Below, in pieces: positions 39,655 to 54,407 of a stretch of 64,000 nt of DNA. Every line of letters begins with the position of its first letter. Position 1 is the stretch's first letter. Source of the stretch: the human T2T-CHM13v2.0 reference genome, Homo sapiens; the NCBI RefSeq assembly GCF_009914755.1, contig NC_060939.1. One strand, 5' to 3'. The translations under genes and the position numbers were made by a program. The notes below the pieces were generated by a model. It saw only the letters and a program-made list of their open reading frames with translations. It was not told the DNA's origin and ran no database searches.

Positions 39655-39912
39655 GCTGTGGTATACTGGTGAGGAGCTTAGGCTGGGGAATAAGACTGTA
39701 TACGTTCAAATCCAGCCACTATCATTTACAGGATACCTGACATAGGACAAGTCATTTAACCTTCTTGGGTCTCCATTTCCTTTTCTGAAAAATGAAAATA
39801 GTATTAGCTCAGTTCCTAGGGTTTAGAAGATTAAATGAGACAATTCATATAAAATGTAGAGATCAGTACTTGGTTTGCAATAACTACACAGCTCATTTTA
39901 CCTATAATTATT
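39655..39912 (+). mobile_element. MIR, near full length
   Basis: GTTCAAATCC B-box, GGACAAGTCATTTAACCT, GATTAAATGAGACAAT. Confidence 0.8.
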
Positions 39913-40220
39913 TAAAAGCCATCTCAAAATTCTGTCTCTCTTTTAAACTGTGCATTCATTCACTCCAGTACCTGGGCTGCTCATCCCAAAACACCTAGTA
40001 ACTGCTAGCACTTAACAGCATTTGTCAGATAAATTAATAAACAACTGAGATACATTTGTCAGTACTTGGATGGACAATATAATAATGACAGGGGAAGGTG
40101 GTTGTTGGTGATCTCCATTCACCTCTTCAGCCAAAAGTCTTATTCTTTAAGTCTTATTTTAAATGGGGTTTAATTTCTATGGGAAAAAAATTGCAGATAT
40201 CCTTCAATTTGTTCATTTAA

Positions 40221-40563
<343 letters not shown>

Positions 40564-40654
40564 AATTCTTACATTTAGAAACTTTAGGCTCAGCCATGGT
40601 TATACATTTTATGGCTGTACTACTTTACTATCAAAAAAATATTCATTAGCAGCA

Positions 40655-41090
40655 TCCATCATCTATTACTGTGATAAATTCTGAGGATACAATACATTTA
40701 CTTCGTTAGTGTCTGTAGTTCAGCTAAGAGTCAGCTGATGTAGGTGGGGCTCAGCTGGGCTGCTCTGCTTCATGCATTGGATCCAGCTAGGCTTGGCTTT
40801 CCCCTCTTTTTATGGCTGGCACTCTGGTCTGCTCCATGTCTAATCCCTTTGGGGCTCAGGCAGAAGCAACCTGGAGAAAATTATTATGGTGAAAGGCAGA
40901 GGTGCAAGCAGGCAAGCCCAGTGGCACAAAAACATATCAATCCCTTGCTTGTGAACAACTTCTTAACTTTCAAGGAAGTCATGCAGCCAAGTCCAAAGTC
41001 AAGGGGTCGGGGAAGAGCATTCTGCTTCTGTAAGTGTAAGTGGTATGGCTATGGAGAAAGACGTAAGGAGAGGAGTTGGGACTAATCTTT
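40655..41090 (-). mobile_element. Old MLT1 (H/I/J-like) LTR
   Basis: GGCAGAGGTGCAAG..GGCAAGCCC, AAGTCATGCAGCCAAGTCCAAAGTCAAGGGG. Confidence 0.65.
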
Positions 41091-42993
41091 GAGTGGATCC
41101 CAGGTACTTGGTGCTGAGTAACTCTTAGATCCTGGATTAGCAAAGAAATATCAGATAATATTCACTATAATACAAAAGAGTAAAACAATGCATTTTACAG
41201 CAATATTTAACCATGTTTGAAATGTTAAATAACTTTTAAATCAGAAATAACCAAAGGTGAAATGAATTGGACCTCTTGTGCCTGAAAACCCCATCCAGTG
41301 CTGAAATGCCAGGTTCTATGGTGGTCTACTTAACCTGCAGTAAATTCAGCATTCCCTTCCTCATTTATTCTACTGAATCCAGTTATCAGTGCAAATCTTG
41401 TTTGCAAGACGCACTATAAATGTGCAAGTAACATGTATAGTAAATCACCCCAAATTTATTTAGCATCCAACATGCTTTCTGAATTAAGGGAACAGATAGA
41501 AAATTTGAACAAGCTGGACACCCACTGACAAGGAAGTATTTCACTGTGGGAAGATGGACCCCAGACCCCAAAAGTGGCTATAACATTTACATGGGCATTT
41601 ACTGTCTGACAAGAAAAGGCGTTCAGCTTCTTTGAGTTTCTTCATCCTTCAAATAGGAGCGAGCCATATCAAATGCTTTCTTGTAAGTCTGAGTTACAAA
41701 TAAATACAAATATATTCATTTCCAAGTAAAATTATTACCAATACAATACAAATAAACATAAATAAACTGTTGTTGTTGTTATAACATGGAAATTATAATA
41801 ATACCTCTCATACAAGATTGTGTGTAACGTTTATATATAACACAGTGAATAAGGACTCCAGCATATAGTGGGTGCACAAAAAGAATTGGTTTCTTTTGGC
41901 AGCCTTTCCTTTAAATACACAACTGAAAAACTGAAGCAGATGTGCCCTGTCTGAAAGCTACATTTTTTCCTCCTAATTATTCAGAGAAAAGGAAATTCCC
42001 TTTTTATACATTTATGCCTTTCCAAGTACAAATTGGCAAAAACATATTCTCAAAAAACTATGCATTTTTTGCACTTTAAAAGGCAAAAGACCTACAACTG
42101 GACTTCTTACTTCTTCCCTTGGGGAGACAAATTCTGATGATATTTTTTTCCTTGTTTTCAGAAATGGGAAGATTTATGGTGAAGTGGCATGAACTGGCCC
42201 CTGGGATTCTAACCAGGCCCTGGGGAGTGTGTGGGGGTACAGAGGGGGCAGAATTTCTGCTCTGACCCAGAGGACAAGTCAGAGCGGTGACTTCTGGTGT
42301 CCTTTGAACTGGGACATCCTGAAGTCACTGGGTTGATGAATTTTGAGACAAGCTCGTTCGACGTTACCATAGGGGATCTGTCTATTGTTTTTAAGCAAGG
42401 AATTAAAAATTGGCTATATTTTGTAAAAGTTCTTAAGATAGTCAACAGCCATTTCTCTTCTTTTAAAAAGATAGCTGAATTCTCGGTCACAAGAAAGTAA
42501 AATAATAACAAGACTGATTAACGGAACACCTGCCTTTTTTAAGTCATGACGTGTTTATTATAAAGTAGGTATGAGTTTCCTCATATTTAAATGGAAGATA
42601 TAAAACTCAGAATGGTTAAGCAGCTGCATGCTTCAAATCAATCTCTAGGTGCATAATTACAAGATCTGGGACTTAAACCTCATTCAGTGGATTACAGAGT
42701 GAATCCTTTTTCTACAGGACCTCACTGTGGCTGGTAGGTGGAATGCACTCTATACATGTTCATGAAGCAAGTGGCAAAATGAAACAAAATAAATTTGCAT
42801 GAAAAGGGCAATGATATCTCTATCTTGTACTAGACTATCAAATACAAAAAGGATCTTTCTGAATGTCCGTTTCTTCTTAGTTGTAATGGGGATCCTTACC
42901 TTATACTGAGGCTTGGAGACCTAATTTGTGTAATGTATGGGAAGAGCTAGCACAATTCCTGGCATGTGGTATCCAGATAATCAGGATGATGAT

Positions 42994-43502
42994 TGTGATG
43001 GTTAATTTTAGATGTCAATTTGCCTTAGTTAAGGGGTACTCAGATAGCTGGTAAAACATTATTTCTGGATATGTCTGTGAATTTCTAGAAGTGATTGGCA
43101 TTTGAATCAATGGACTGAGTCAGGAAGATTCACCCTCATTCAATATGAATATGCACTATCCTATCCATTGAGGGGCACAATAGAATAGAAAGAATAAAGC
43201 GAATTTGTTCTCTCTCCTGGAGCTGGGACATCCTTCTTCTGCTCCCCTTGGACATCAGGACTCCAGGTTCTTGGGCCTTCACACTCAAGAACTTATACCA
43301 GCAGCTCCCCAGGGTCTTAGGCCTTCAGTCTCAGACTGAGAGTTACAGCACTGGCTTCCCTGGTTCTGAAGTTTTTGTATTCAGACTGAATTAAACCACT
43401 GGCTTTGCCGGTTCTGCAGCTTGAAGACAGCCGGCCATGGGACTTCTCAGCTTCCATAACCGTATTAGCCAATTCCAATACCAAATCTATTTTGACATAT
43501 CC

Positions 43503-43559
<57 letters not shown>

Positions 43560-43633
43560 CCTATCTATCTATCTATATCTATCTTTCATTCATCCATCCT
43601 ATTGGTTCTGTTTCTCTGGAGAACCCTAATATA
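42994..43633 (+). mobile_element. MLT2B-like ERVL solo LTR
   Basis: TGTGATGGTTAATTTTA...GAGAACCCTAATATA; perfect TSD ATGAT at 42989-42993 and 43634-43638. Confidence 0.92.
43503..43584. repeat. (ATCT)14 tetranucleotide STR with imperfect extension
   Basis: 14 perfect units at 43503-43558, then ACCT (ATCT)3 AT (ATCT)2. Confidence 0.97.
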
Positions 43634-46349
43634 ATGATGCTGTGGACCTGGATGATGATGATGATGGTGATGGCATAAACATTTGTTTGCATAGAAGTGA
43701 TTTCTGCAATTCCAAGTTTGGATTAGACTCAACTGTTTGACAGGCTTTACATAAGTGAACTGATAAATTAGAATGGGTGGTAGGGGAGACAAGGTTGCCA
43801 CTCGATTTTGTTGAATTACTCAGTTCATTGTTTCTGTTCTCTGCTTCATGAGAACTGTGCATATTCATGATGCCTAGACCAGCAACCTCACCAACAGGTG
43901 GAGAAATTCAGTTAATTGGGCATACAAGCTCTAAAATCATACTGGGAGCCAGCTTTATTGCCCAGGGTTTCCAGCCCAAGGCTGGAGAGGGCAAATACTA
44001 AGGTGACCTGGATCACTTGGGGGTATTACAAAGTCCTTCTTTCAGGGGTCCCCTGGCTATTTTAATTTTTTTTAATGAAGTGTATACAGGCCTCCACAAA
44101 CCTATGCCCCAATTATTTTATGTATGTATTTTTTAAAGAAATGGATTAAGCAGCTGCTTAACCATTCAAGCATATGGCCTGAATCATGTTTTATAGTTAT
44201 TATATTAGAATTTGGAAATATATACGTGTTCACACAGTAGTATCAGAACAACTAAAATATGTATATCAAGTATTATTGTATGGAAAGTTGCTAAGCTCAA
44301 ATGAATCATTGTGTTTGAGTTCTGGCTTAAATCACTCTAGGCTGTTATTGAAATGGAAAATATTCTCTCAAAAATATATATATTAGTATTTTTAGTTGAA
44401 AAATAAGGAGAAAATTTTCTTTGGAAATAAATTAAATGAAGTAATTAACTTATCTTCTGTAATAGAGAAATTAGGTGGCATTGTCTTCTGATTACTCCAA
44501 AATAAATTGTTACCAGCAGTAACTAGTGAAATGGGATGATATGTTACAAATTTTTCTTTGTATACTTTCTACTTTTCTGTTAGATATACATATGTGGAAG
44601 GTCTATTTTCTTAAATGGCCATTTTCTGTCATCCATGTTATGAAAATTCTGATTGTCCATACACCAAAAGTAACTTTTGTATCCACTTCAAAACTTACTT
44701 GAAATAGAGTGGAGAGTACTTCTTAGAACTAATTTTTTAAACATCATCATTTTAGAGATTTCCCTGGAATTACACATTAATCCCCCAACTTGCAATATTC
44801 AGTGGAGGCTGATGGGTATAAATAGTAATGGGAAAAACTCTCAGATCTTTGGAAGACTTCAAATTTCTCTTGGGAATCAAGTCTGTTGGAACTTACGTAT
44901 GCTATCTCAATTTTTCCATTTTTCAGGCTGCCATATATCAGAAATTTATACGAACTTAAAAAAATTATAATCTCATTCATTCTATTGCTGGGAATAGCTG
45001 TCATTTATTTAGTACCTACTATGCGCCAGGCCCCATGTGTTTTCTCATTGAAGCCTCACAAAAATCCAACAGAAAAATCTCACTATCTCCATTTAACAAT
45101 TGAGTTAGTTTAAGCTAGATGGGGATAAAAAATTTACAGGAGGATTCAAAGCTTGGATGGTTTGACTACTGGATTTTGCCCATTCCATTTTCTGTATAAG
45201 CTTAGATAACTGGATGTCTGACAAGCTGTAAGATTATCGTCTTTCTTCCCTTTCTATATACCACAAAAAGTTCACCAAAGATCACACAATCCAGTTAAGC
45301 ACGATATTAGATCAAAATGGTGTCCCTCTTACTGAGTGGTCTGATTATCTACCCACCTAATTGAGGTCAATTCTAGGTAGGATTGGATGGTTTGTACCCA
45401 TAATCTCTGTAGAAAGAAGCATAATGTTGATGAAACACACCTATGGCCAGGTCAGGTAATTTATATCAAGAAGAACAGATTCTGAGAGGAATTAAGAATT
45501 TATTCCTTGTTCTCAAATATTTTCTCCCTTCTGCTCCTTCTATAGCTGACTACTGATACAGTTCTCAGAAACCGTTCTCCACTCTATTTCATGTTAGTTC
45601 TGAAATGGACACAAAAGCTATCTTTGGTGTATGGACAGTCACAGTTTTCATAGTATAAGTAGTAGAAAGCGGCCATTTATGAAAATAAAATCCTTAAATA
45701 TATCTGGCAGAAGAGTAGAATGTGTGCAAAGAAAACAAAACTCAGGCTCAGCTGGGGATGATCACCGTGCTCTGTGCCCCGACTTCTCAACCCTGGATGC
45801 CCCTGACATAGTTCTCAGTTGTGATGGATTCTCTGTGTACTGACTCACTAGGCTGGAATTCAGCCTTCTCTTGAAAAATAAAATCAGGGATTATAAATAA
45901 GAAATTTGCACAGCAGTGAACATGCAAGAGAATACTCATTTAATAAGTGCCAACATTTAGTTTTCTAATAGGCCTAGGAAACAACAACCCAGTGGCCAGT
46001 TACCCTTTGATTCACTTGCCTCCAATGGTTCCGATAACAAGGATGTGATCAAACAGCCAGCAGCTGATGAGAAGTGATGGCTTGTGGATCTGTTTGTCCA
46101 CATACCTATTGATATATTATCTTCAGCAAGGTGCACATCCTGACTACTGGTGGTATAGGACTACCAGGTCACCAAATTGGAAACTAACATTATGTAAAAG
46201 ATTGTATCAAAACAAGGACATTTTTACATTTCCTCATCATATGTTTTTCAAATTAGTGGGTCTGAGGGGATTTCAAGGAGCAGTATTTGATTTACTTAAA
46301 GAACTTTCTTGGTTGTAGACATTGTACACTCAAAAATTAAACCAGCTGT

Positions 46350-46494
46350 GGCCAGACACGGAAGCTCATGCCTGTAATCCCAGCAGTCTGGGAGGCTGAG
46401 GTGCAAGGATCATTTAAGCCCAGGATTTTGAGACCAGCCTGGGCAACACAGTGAGATCCCCTCTCTATTATTAAAAATAAATAAATAAATAAAC
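46350..46494 (+). mobile_element. FLAM_C-like Alu monomer
   Basis: Single left monomer with tail; perfect 16-bp TSD AAAATTAAACCAGCTG at 46333-46348 and 46495-46510. Confidence 0.9.
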
Positions 46495-47063
46495 AAAATT
46501 AAACCAGCTGATTACTATCAACTTCATAACTGCAAGGGTCAAAATTTACTGTGAGGAAAGGAAAGCTCTCAATGAAAACATTTGCCAATGCTAATTGGAT
46601 AAGCATCCTGAGAAGTTAGTATCTGCATAGTGAATTACCCAGGTATATAAATACATCTGTTTAACTCTTAAAGATGAAACTTCTATAATTGATTACAAAG
46701 TACCTCAGTGAAAACGCATTATTTAATTGAGATAAATAACTTGATCACCTGTAGTTAACTGATCTAGTCCTGAAGTTGATATTCCTGAATACAAAAGTAT
46801 TTTCTTTTTTGTGGGGAGAAGGGAGACACCTATAATATCGAGAGTCTGGAAATGTCATTTTCTTGTTCTCTGTTTATCACATAATACATGATTATGGTAA
46901 GCAATTTGCCCTCTTTGAATTTTAGTTTCTGATCTGTAAAATAGGTCTGAAATGGTACTAAATGGAAGATAAGAAAATATGGATTATAATGCCAATGTAA
47001 CTGGCAACTCCTATTATGAGTAGATATACTTTTTAAAAAAACTATTAACTTTGGTTCTTAAAA

Positions 47064-47192
47064 TTTTTATTTTTTATTTTTTAGAGATGAGATCTCACTA
47101 TGTTGCCTAGACTGGTTTTGAACTCCTGAGCTCAAGCAACCCTCCTTGTCCCAAAGCGCTGGGATTACAGGCATGAGCTACCAACCCTGGCC
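47064..47192 (-). mobile_element. FLAM-like Alu monomer
   Basis: T-tract, GAACTCCTGAGCTCAAGCAA, GGGATTACAGGCATGAGC. Confidence 0.85.
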
Positions 47193-47269
47193 CGAAATAC
47201 ATCTTTTAACTACCCTTTGCATTATCTTTTTCATCTGTAAAATTTAGTTTGTGGTGGGATTGGAGTTCA

Positions 47270-47790
47270 ATGGTTCTGAGCCTGGAATCTGTGGACACTG
47301 AGAAAAAGATTAAGAATATCCTTGAATTCACCACCTAAACCCAGATATGCTATGTCAAAATGGTGGCTGATTGTGTCTGCAAACATTTTCTTCTGGGAAA
47401 AATATCCCTTGCTTTCATCAAGCTCTCAAAGGAATCTGTGTCCTACAAAATGTGTAGACCCACATGACTAAACATCTCTGTAATTTGTTTTCTCACTAAT
47501 GCCATTTGATTCTGTGAATGCTAAGTAGTAAGCTCTTCGGATATGGCATTTAAAGGTTGCCATCATTTGTTTCTCTTTCACAGTGTTTTGAAAATGAGCT
47601 AATAATTATTTTTAGGTTTTCTTAACCCAAATTCTCTAACAACTAAAGGGACTATGGAATAAGCATCTTTGGGATCTGTGGATCCCTGATAACAGATGTA
47701 AAATACTGTGTTTGTGCTTGTTCAAAGAAAATCTATAGCTTTCATCACAGTCTCATATTCACAATTTTATAAAGATCAAGAACCAAGTAT
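47270..47790. mobile_element. Two MER103-like hAT-Charlie fragments
   Basis: Two related copies of ...GCTTTCATCA(A/C)...CTCA...AGA(A/C)CC at ~47270-47465 and ~47610-47790. Confidence 0.5.
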
Positions 47791-50566
47791 TTTTACTAAA
47801 AATGAGTGATCAACTAACATTAACAAAGCATTTGACTTTGTTTCTTGATTGGCTATTTTAACTTGTCAGCAAATATGCTGGATCTTAAACAGAGAGACTC
47901 ACTGTAAACTGAGTTGATAAATGTAAATGTTTAGAAATTCAAATGCTTTCAGCTTTCTTCATTTTTTTTCTTTTTCTCCTCATACTTTCCATGTTTTTAT
48001 TAGTCAAAGTTTTAGTGAGTACAACCATTGGTCAAATATTTTGAATATTTTATAGTCTCTCCTCCTCAAATAATTATTTCTTACACTCGAAATTATTTTG
48101 TTGTTGAAAACAATTTAGCATTGTTAATGAAAAACCTTAAAAATCCCCGTACACTTTGGCCAAATAATTACAATTTTAGGTGTCTATCATATGGAATATT
48201 TAAATTATAGATAGAAGAGATGTTATTTAAAATTCTTTTCCTTGTAACATAATTAATGAAATCAAATAACAAAGATACATGTATTGATTAAATAAATTAC
48301 AGTGTATCCATGTAATGCTATATCATGCAGCAATTAAAATGAAGTATGTTCAGGGGCTTATGTTGCAATAGTGAGAAACATATTAGGAAACAAGTCTTTA
48401 TAGTTTGTATGAGAAAAGCTAATAGGGTTATCTGCAGGTAGTGGGATAAAGAGTAACTCATTGTCTTTATAATTTTCTATCTTTACACATTTCTGCAATG
48501 ATAATATGTTGATATAAATCTATTTAGGTTTATTTCTTACATTTTAAATGCTAACATAATCCACATTCTTACAATGATAAGTTAATGTTATTTATATATT
48601 GTTATGTTGTTCTATACATTAATACAGAAATGTAGGAGTAAAGATATTTATTTCAGTCACTCCGATGTTCAGCGCCTCTATATGTTTAAGCGATGTTGAA
48701 ATGATTCACATATTTCTAAGTCAGTTTCTAATTGTCCTGGCTAAGTTCTAAGCTTACTTGATGATAGGATTTTTTCTTTTCTTTTTTCTTTTGTTTCTTA
48801 GGCAAAATAAGGTTCTGGTATTGCTTATTTTTCTCAAATAGACCACAAATATTCTACATGATTTTAAATATACATCTTGAGGAGGGAAAAACAAATGCAT
48901 TTATTTAACCTTACCCTGAGATGGCAGGAAGGCCAAAAATGTTATGACTTACCAATTTCCATAAATATATTCTGCTTCAGAACCACCTTGAACGTCAAGT
49001 CTGACCAGAAAATATCCTTCTAAAGTTGAATTGTTAAAAAAATAGCTGGTTCAGTTTTGCAGTCTTGTGGGACAAATATAGATAGTAGAAGGCCACAGTC
49101 AAACTTGTGGCCTCATCTGAGCTATGTACAACTCAAAATTCTTTAGTCACTTTTGCTAAACTCAAGCTCTCTTGAATTATCAACAGTAACTTATTGGCCT
49201 TGGACCATCATAGGCTCGTGCTGTGAAATTTTGAAAGCCATTATCATATGCACAGTATTTAGGGGGAAATGAAATCCTGCCTTTGTGATCATACCACAGA
49301 GGGCAATGGCAAACACATGCAGCCTGATGAAGCACACATTTTGTGGATCTAGTATTTTATTCCTTTGCAGTTGCTACCTCAGATAATAGAATATTTCTTT
49401 GTGTTGTCACTGGGGCATTTTCATTTCTCAGTGGCTATTTCATGCCATCCTGAGCATTTAGCCTAACACCAATACCAGAATGTCAGACTAGGAATGTCTT
49501 CCTATCACTGAACATAACCGTTTGAGATCTGTTTGAGCTTAGGACAGGAGAGGGCAGCTGGGAGGCATTTTGGTCAAAGAGCAAAATGACACATTTCTGA
49601 ACTGGAATGAAAGATTGGATCTTTGTTCATGATTTCTTCCTGGGAGAAAAAAGGAAATACCAACTAATTGCCACAACTAATTAAAAACGAAGCTGATGGA
49701 CTGCTCCCCCACACTGAATTTACAGGGCAGTGATAATTCCAGTTAACTGTAAACACGCTTTTAAAAACCCAGTTCCTCTGTTCAAAAGGCTTGCGGGGCT
49801 GAGTATCAAAAACTTCCTGATATATAAGTACCAAATATACTGTTGCAATAAAATTCTTGCACTAGGTTAACTACACAATTAGCTAATAACATTGGCTGAC
49901 ACAATCCATGCAAATCACTGGCAGGCTGAATTTTGGCCTGTGCACAAAGGTTTTATTGAACACATGCTGCCAATGAAACGTGCCTTGCTTATTCATGACC
50001 AGGAAGCCATGCCCTATATGTGTATATATCCCCATGGTTTTCTGCAATCTTTCAGATAACTGTCTCACAGATCATGAAGACACACATTTTCACTCTGTTT
50101 TTTTTTTCAGCCAGATTTTGTTTGCCCCCTATTTGTTGAATAAAAACAACATCAAAACTTACTTCATTTTGCTGTGTTAAAGCTGTGTATCCTGAACTTG
50201 TCAGCTTCTCTAAATGCTTCTGTAATCTCACACCACAAATAGGTTGGGGTCACCACCTCTCCACTACATCAGGAACTGTAGTGTGACACAAGTGTAAACA
50301 GTGGTTTCAAAGAGCAGCAGAACAAATGCATCTTGAACTTCCTGTGTGATTGTCCCTCTAGAAGTGGAGCTACGGAGGAAGGCATGTGCAGAAGCATGGA
50401 AGATGATATTTTGCTAGACGAATTTTTAAAATTTATTTTGATTTCATAGTTTTAAAATGTATATTAGGTATGTTTTATAATATCCCTATATATAACTTAC
50501 AAGTAAAGACATGTAGGTAATATTTAGAAAACACTTACTGATGGGGCTCAATCAAAAAGTTTAGAG

Positions 50567-50882
<316 letters not shown>

Positions 50883-51859
50883 TTATTTTCCTATCTCAAT
50901 CTATAGGTATCACTATTACAAAGTTATATCTCTTAATTTGTAACTGAAGGTGTTCCAATGAGAATTTCTTCAGAACAGCACTGTGGCTGGCACTTGCCAG
51001 GAACTTCACATTGCCTTTCCTTAGAAGAAGTACTACTCATAACTACTGCGGTCCAGAATTATCTTATCAGGCAGAAGAGCTGGTGGCATGGAGTCCAGCA
51101 GAGAGCAGCAGTAATCTCCTCACCAGGCATGCTGTCTGCTTTAGGGAGACACAGCAACAGCCAACATGTGGATGTCCAAGAAAGGGAATGGAGCTTGTGA
51201 TCTTCCAGAGTCTGGCTGGAGAGTTCCTGAAGGTACAGGCGAAAGCATGGCGTTTGGGCTATAGGTCCTGGAGATCCATCCACGCACAGGGCTTCTCCAA
51301 AGTTCATGGTAGAAGGTCAATCAATGCCTGGTTTGGATGAAATGAGGATACAGAATACTGAGGCAAGGGCCCTGGCTGAAGATAGAAACCCAGTTGGGAG
51401 TAGGGTATGGGCTAAATGTTAGGGTTCTTCTCTTCAACATCCACTCATGCATGCGGAAGTATATGGAGAGATTCCAGGCCCCACACTAAGCACAGAAGTA
51501 GGGGGCAACAGCAAACAGGATCCCTCTTATCTCAAGGTTAACCTCTTAAAGGAACGTCAAGAATAAATAAAATCATCATGTCAATCAACTGAGAAAGAAG
51601 TGAGGTAATTCTGTAGGAAAATGTAATAAAAGAACAAGACCCATGACTTTTTGTTAGGGAAGGTACCGCCCAATGCTATCATTTTAACATCATGACATTT
51701 GCAAAATAATACAACACCAGCTATTCAAAATTGTGACCCTAAGTCATGGTTCCATGTATTCTGTGATTACATAATAATCATGTTTATTTTTCATGTGTGA
51801 GAAAATAGATATAAAAACAAGAAAGGTCACAAGAACCATTTAGGGAACTAATTCAATAT

Positions 51860-52230
51860 TACTTATTCAACAAATTGAATATACTTCAACATTGAAAAAC
51901 AGATACATTTATTACATTTATTCTTCTCAGGAAGCTTATCTATAGTGAGATGGAGACAAAGCAAATAAACAATATGATTCTAAATTGTGATGAGACCCCT
52001 AAGAACATAAAGAAGGGTGGTATTGATGAGTAGACCTGGAGAGCCAGAGGCTACTTTCAATTTGATGATCAGGAAGTGCCTCTCTATGGAAGTCATATTT
52101 GACCTAGGACCCAAGAGATAAGACGGACCGAGGCATCCAAGTATTAGGGGAACAATATTCTAAGTAGGGCAAGAACAAGAGCAAATGACCACAACATCCT
52201 TCAGGCAGAAATAATCTTGGCTGAAGAATA
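51860..52230 (-). mobile_element. L2 fragment
   Basis: TATTCAACAAAT, CTCAGGAAGCTTA..TAGTG, GATCAGGAAG.GCCTCTCT...ATTTGA.CTA. Confidence 0.7.
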
Positions 52231-53199
52231 GGAATCTACATGATCTGTAATCCTCTTCTGTGTCATAGGTCTTGCCCACCACCACCCTTTCTTTCCTATG
52301 TTTGGAGGTAAGACAAAAGGTCAGAGAGGTACTGACATCAATGCTGAAATAATATCAGCCACCAACCTAGGACATCTTATAGTCCCAGGAAGCAGGGGTA
52401 TGCTTGGTCTACTAGTGGGAACATTACTGAACCTGTAAGAGTGGGAGATCAACTGGTTTTGGTACTGGAGAGATAGAGAGCTAAGAAAACAACTCATGCT
52501 GAAAGTTGTTCTGAACAGTTGGAAGAGCCATCAGTGAAGAACATTACTGTAGCCTGGACATCATGTCTAGTATGAATGGGTAGAAGTCGCAACAAGAGTG
52601 TGTTTAGAAACTGCCCCTTCCAACAGAGAACAACCCAATGAGGGCATACAGCCAACCTGAGGGAAGAATAAGGTAAGTGATTCAAGGTGAATGTGCTGAT
52701 GAAGGTACTCTGATAAATAAGGGGCAAGAGTTGGACCACATGAAATTGTGCTTTCAGTTTTGAAAAACCCCCAATTTATTCCAGCATTTGCTACCTCCAC
52801 TTGAGTAATTCCAAAGGATACTGCATCCATCACTATGAGAAATGCTGGGTTTTGATAACTGAAGAAGGATTGCTGATTTCTTCAAAGTACAAAGCTGTGA
52901 AACCCCAAGGGTTATATTTATCCCTTTCATATCTCTGCTGACAAGCAACACTGGCTGTGTAGAAATAGTTTAAAATGTTCACATTGAGAAAATTCCCTGA
53001 GTGATAAGCTTCACATACACTATTCAACGGAATGTCGTTTTCTCCCAATTCCTCCCTTCCCCAACCTCTTACTAATTTGCCATTAATATCTGATCCTTCC
53101 CCTTTTCTTTTTTTCATTTCCTTCGATCTTACCCTACTGCACAAATTTGTAGGGAGAGATAACATCTTTGAATTCTAGATGGCCCTGTTATTTCTCCGT

Positions 53200-53420
53200 A
53201 TGTACATGTGTGCATGGTGTACATGGACACGTAGACCTTGGAATCAGAGAGACAAATTCAAATCCAGACTGGGCCACATAAGCATTAGAATTGAATTTAC
53301 TACTCAATTTTTCTGATTTCCAGTTTCCTTTCAAATAAAACAGTGAAAATGATACTCTCTCCAGGCTTCTGGGGGGACAGATAAATTATCTATTTAAAAG
53401 GGCTAACATGAACCAACACT
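53200..53420 (+). mobile_element. MIR fragment
   Basis: TGGAATCAGAGAGACAAATTCAAATCC, CAGTTTCCT. Confidence 0.55.
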
Positions 53421-54249
53421 CAACAACAAAACAAGATATTCTAAGGCTTTGGCTGTGTTATATATCTTACAACTAAAGGAGATGTCTAATTTAAAACTTT
53501 ACATAAATTGGAGGTTTTATTCTCTCTTACTTTTTCACGTTCCGTGGGGTCTAACAACCACATACATGCCGAGCTTTTGTAGTCTCACAGTGCCAAGAAT
53601 CTGAGAAGTTGCTCTCCTTAGGTATGTTTTTCCAGAGCTTTGGATTTTGTAGACAAATAAGGCTCAGCACAAAATGAAATCTGTGATTCCGGGAATATAC
53701 AAAAATAGAACATTCTACTACTCTGTGTCATTCAAAATCTTTGCTTATTAATTGTGCAGTTTTTACACTCAATCCTAATTGTTCTGGAATAAAAAGATGT
53801 AATTGTGACAGAGATGGACCCCAGATGGAAATTTGCTGACTCGCAGGGGCCCAACTTAAAAATTGTTTTCTAGGGAGGGAAGAGATGTTAGTACTCATAT
53901 TCAGGCAAATAAACTTTCTCCAAATGTTGAAAACCTATTTTTAGAACCTCACTTATCCAATGAGAAGGAAGTGATCACACCGACTTCCTCTTACAATTTA
54001 TAATAAATGAATGGCTATCTGTACATCTATTTATTTGCATCTATATCCAAACTCCTTTCCCTTCAAAAACGCATTGGCCACAGGCAAAACTATATAAATC
54101 CAGATTAGTCTGTGGTTGGGGGATGGCCCTAGGGAGAAAGCTGAATAGGCTGCAATTTAATTTGCTTACATTGAATGAGGATACTTAGCCTCATGACAAA
54201 TACGAAAGTAAGTAAAATATCAAATGTAAAGCATAGATCACAACTTTGG

Positions 54250-54407
54250 GGGCACAGTGCAGTGGAAAGAATATGGTATTGGAGTTCTTAGTCCTGCATT
54301 TGAATTATTGATGGGCTGCTCTGCCATTTGATAGCTGAGCAAGCTACATCATCTCTCTATGCCTCAGCTTTCCCATTTTCAAAATGGAAGAATGATAATA
54401 CCACCAC
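54250..54407 (+). mobile_element. MIR 5' part
   Basis: GCAGTGGAAAGAA...GCCTCAGCTTTCCCATTTTCAAAATGG. Confidence 0.7.
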
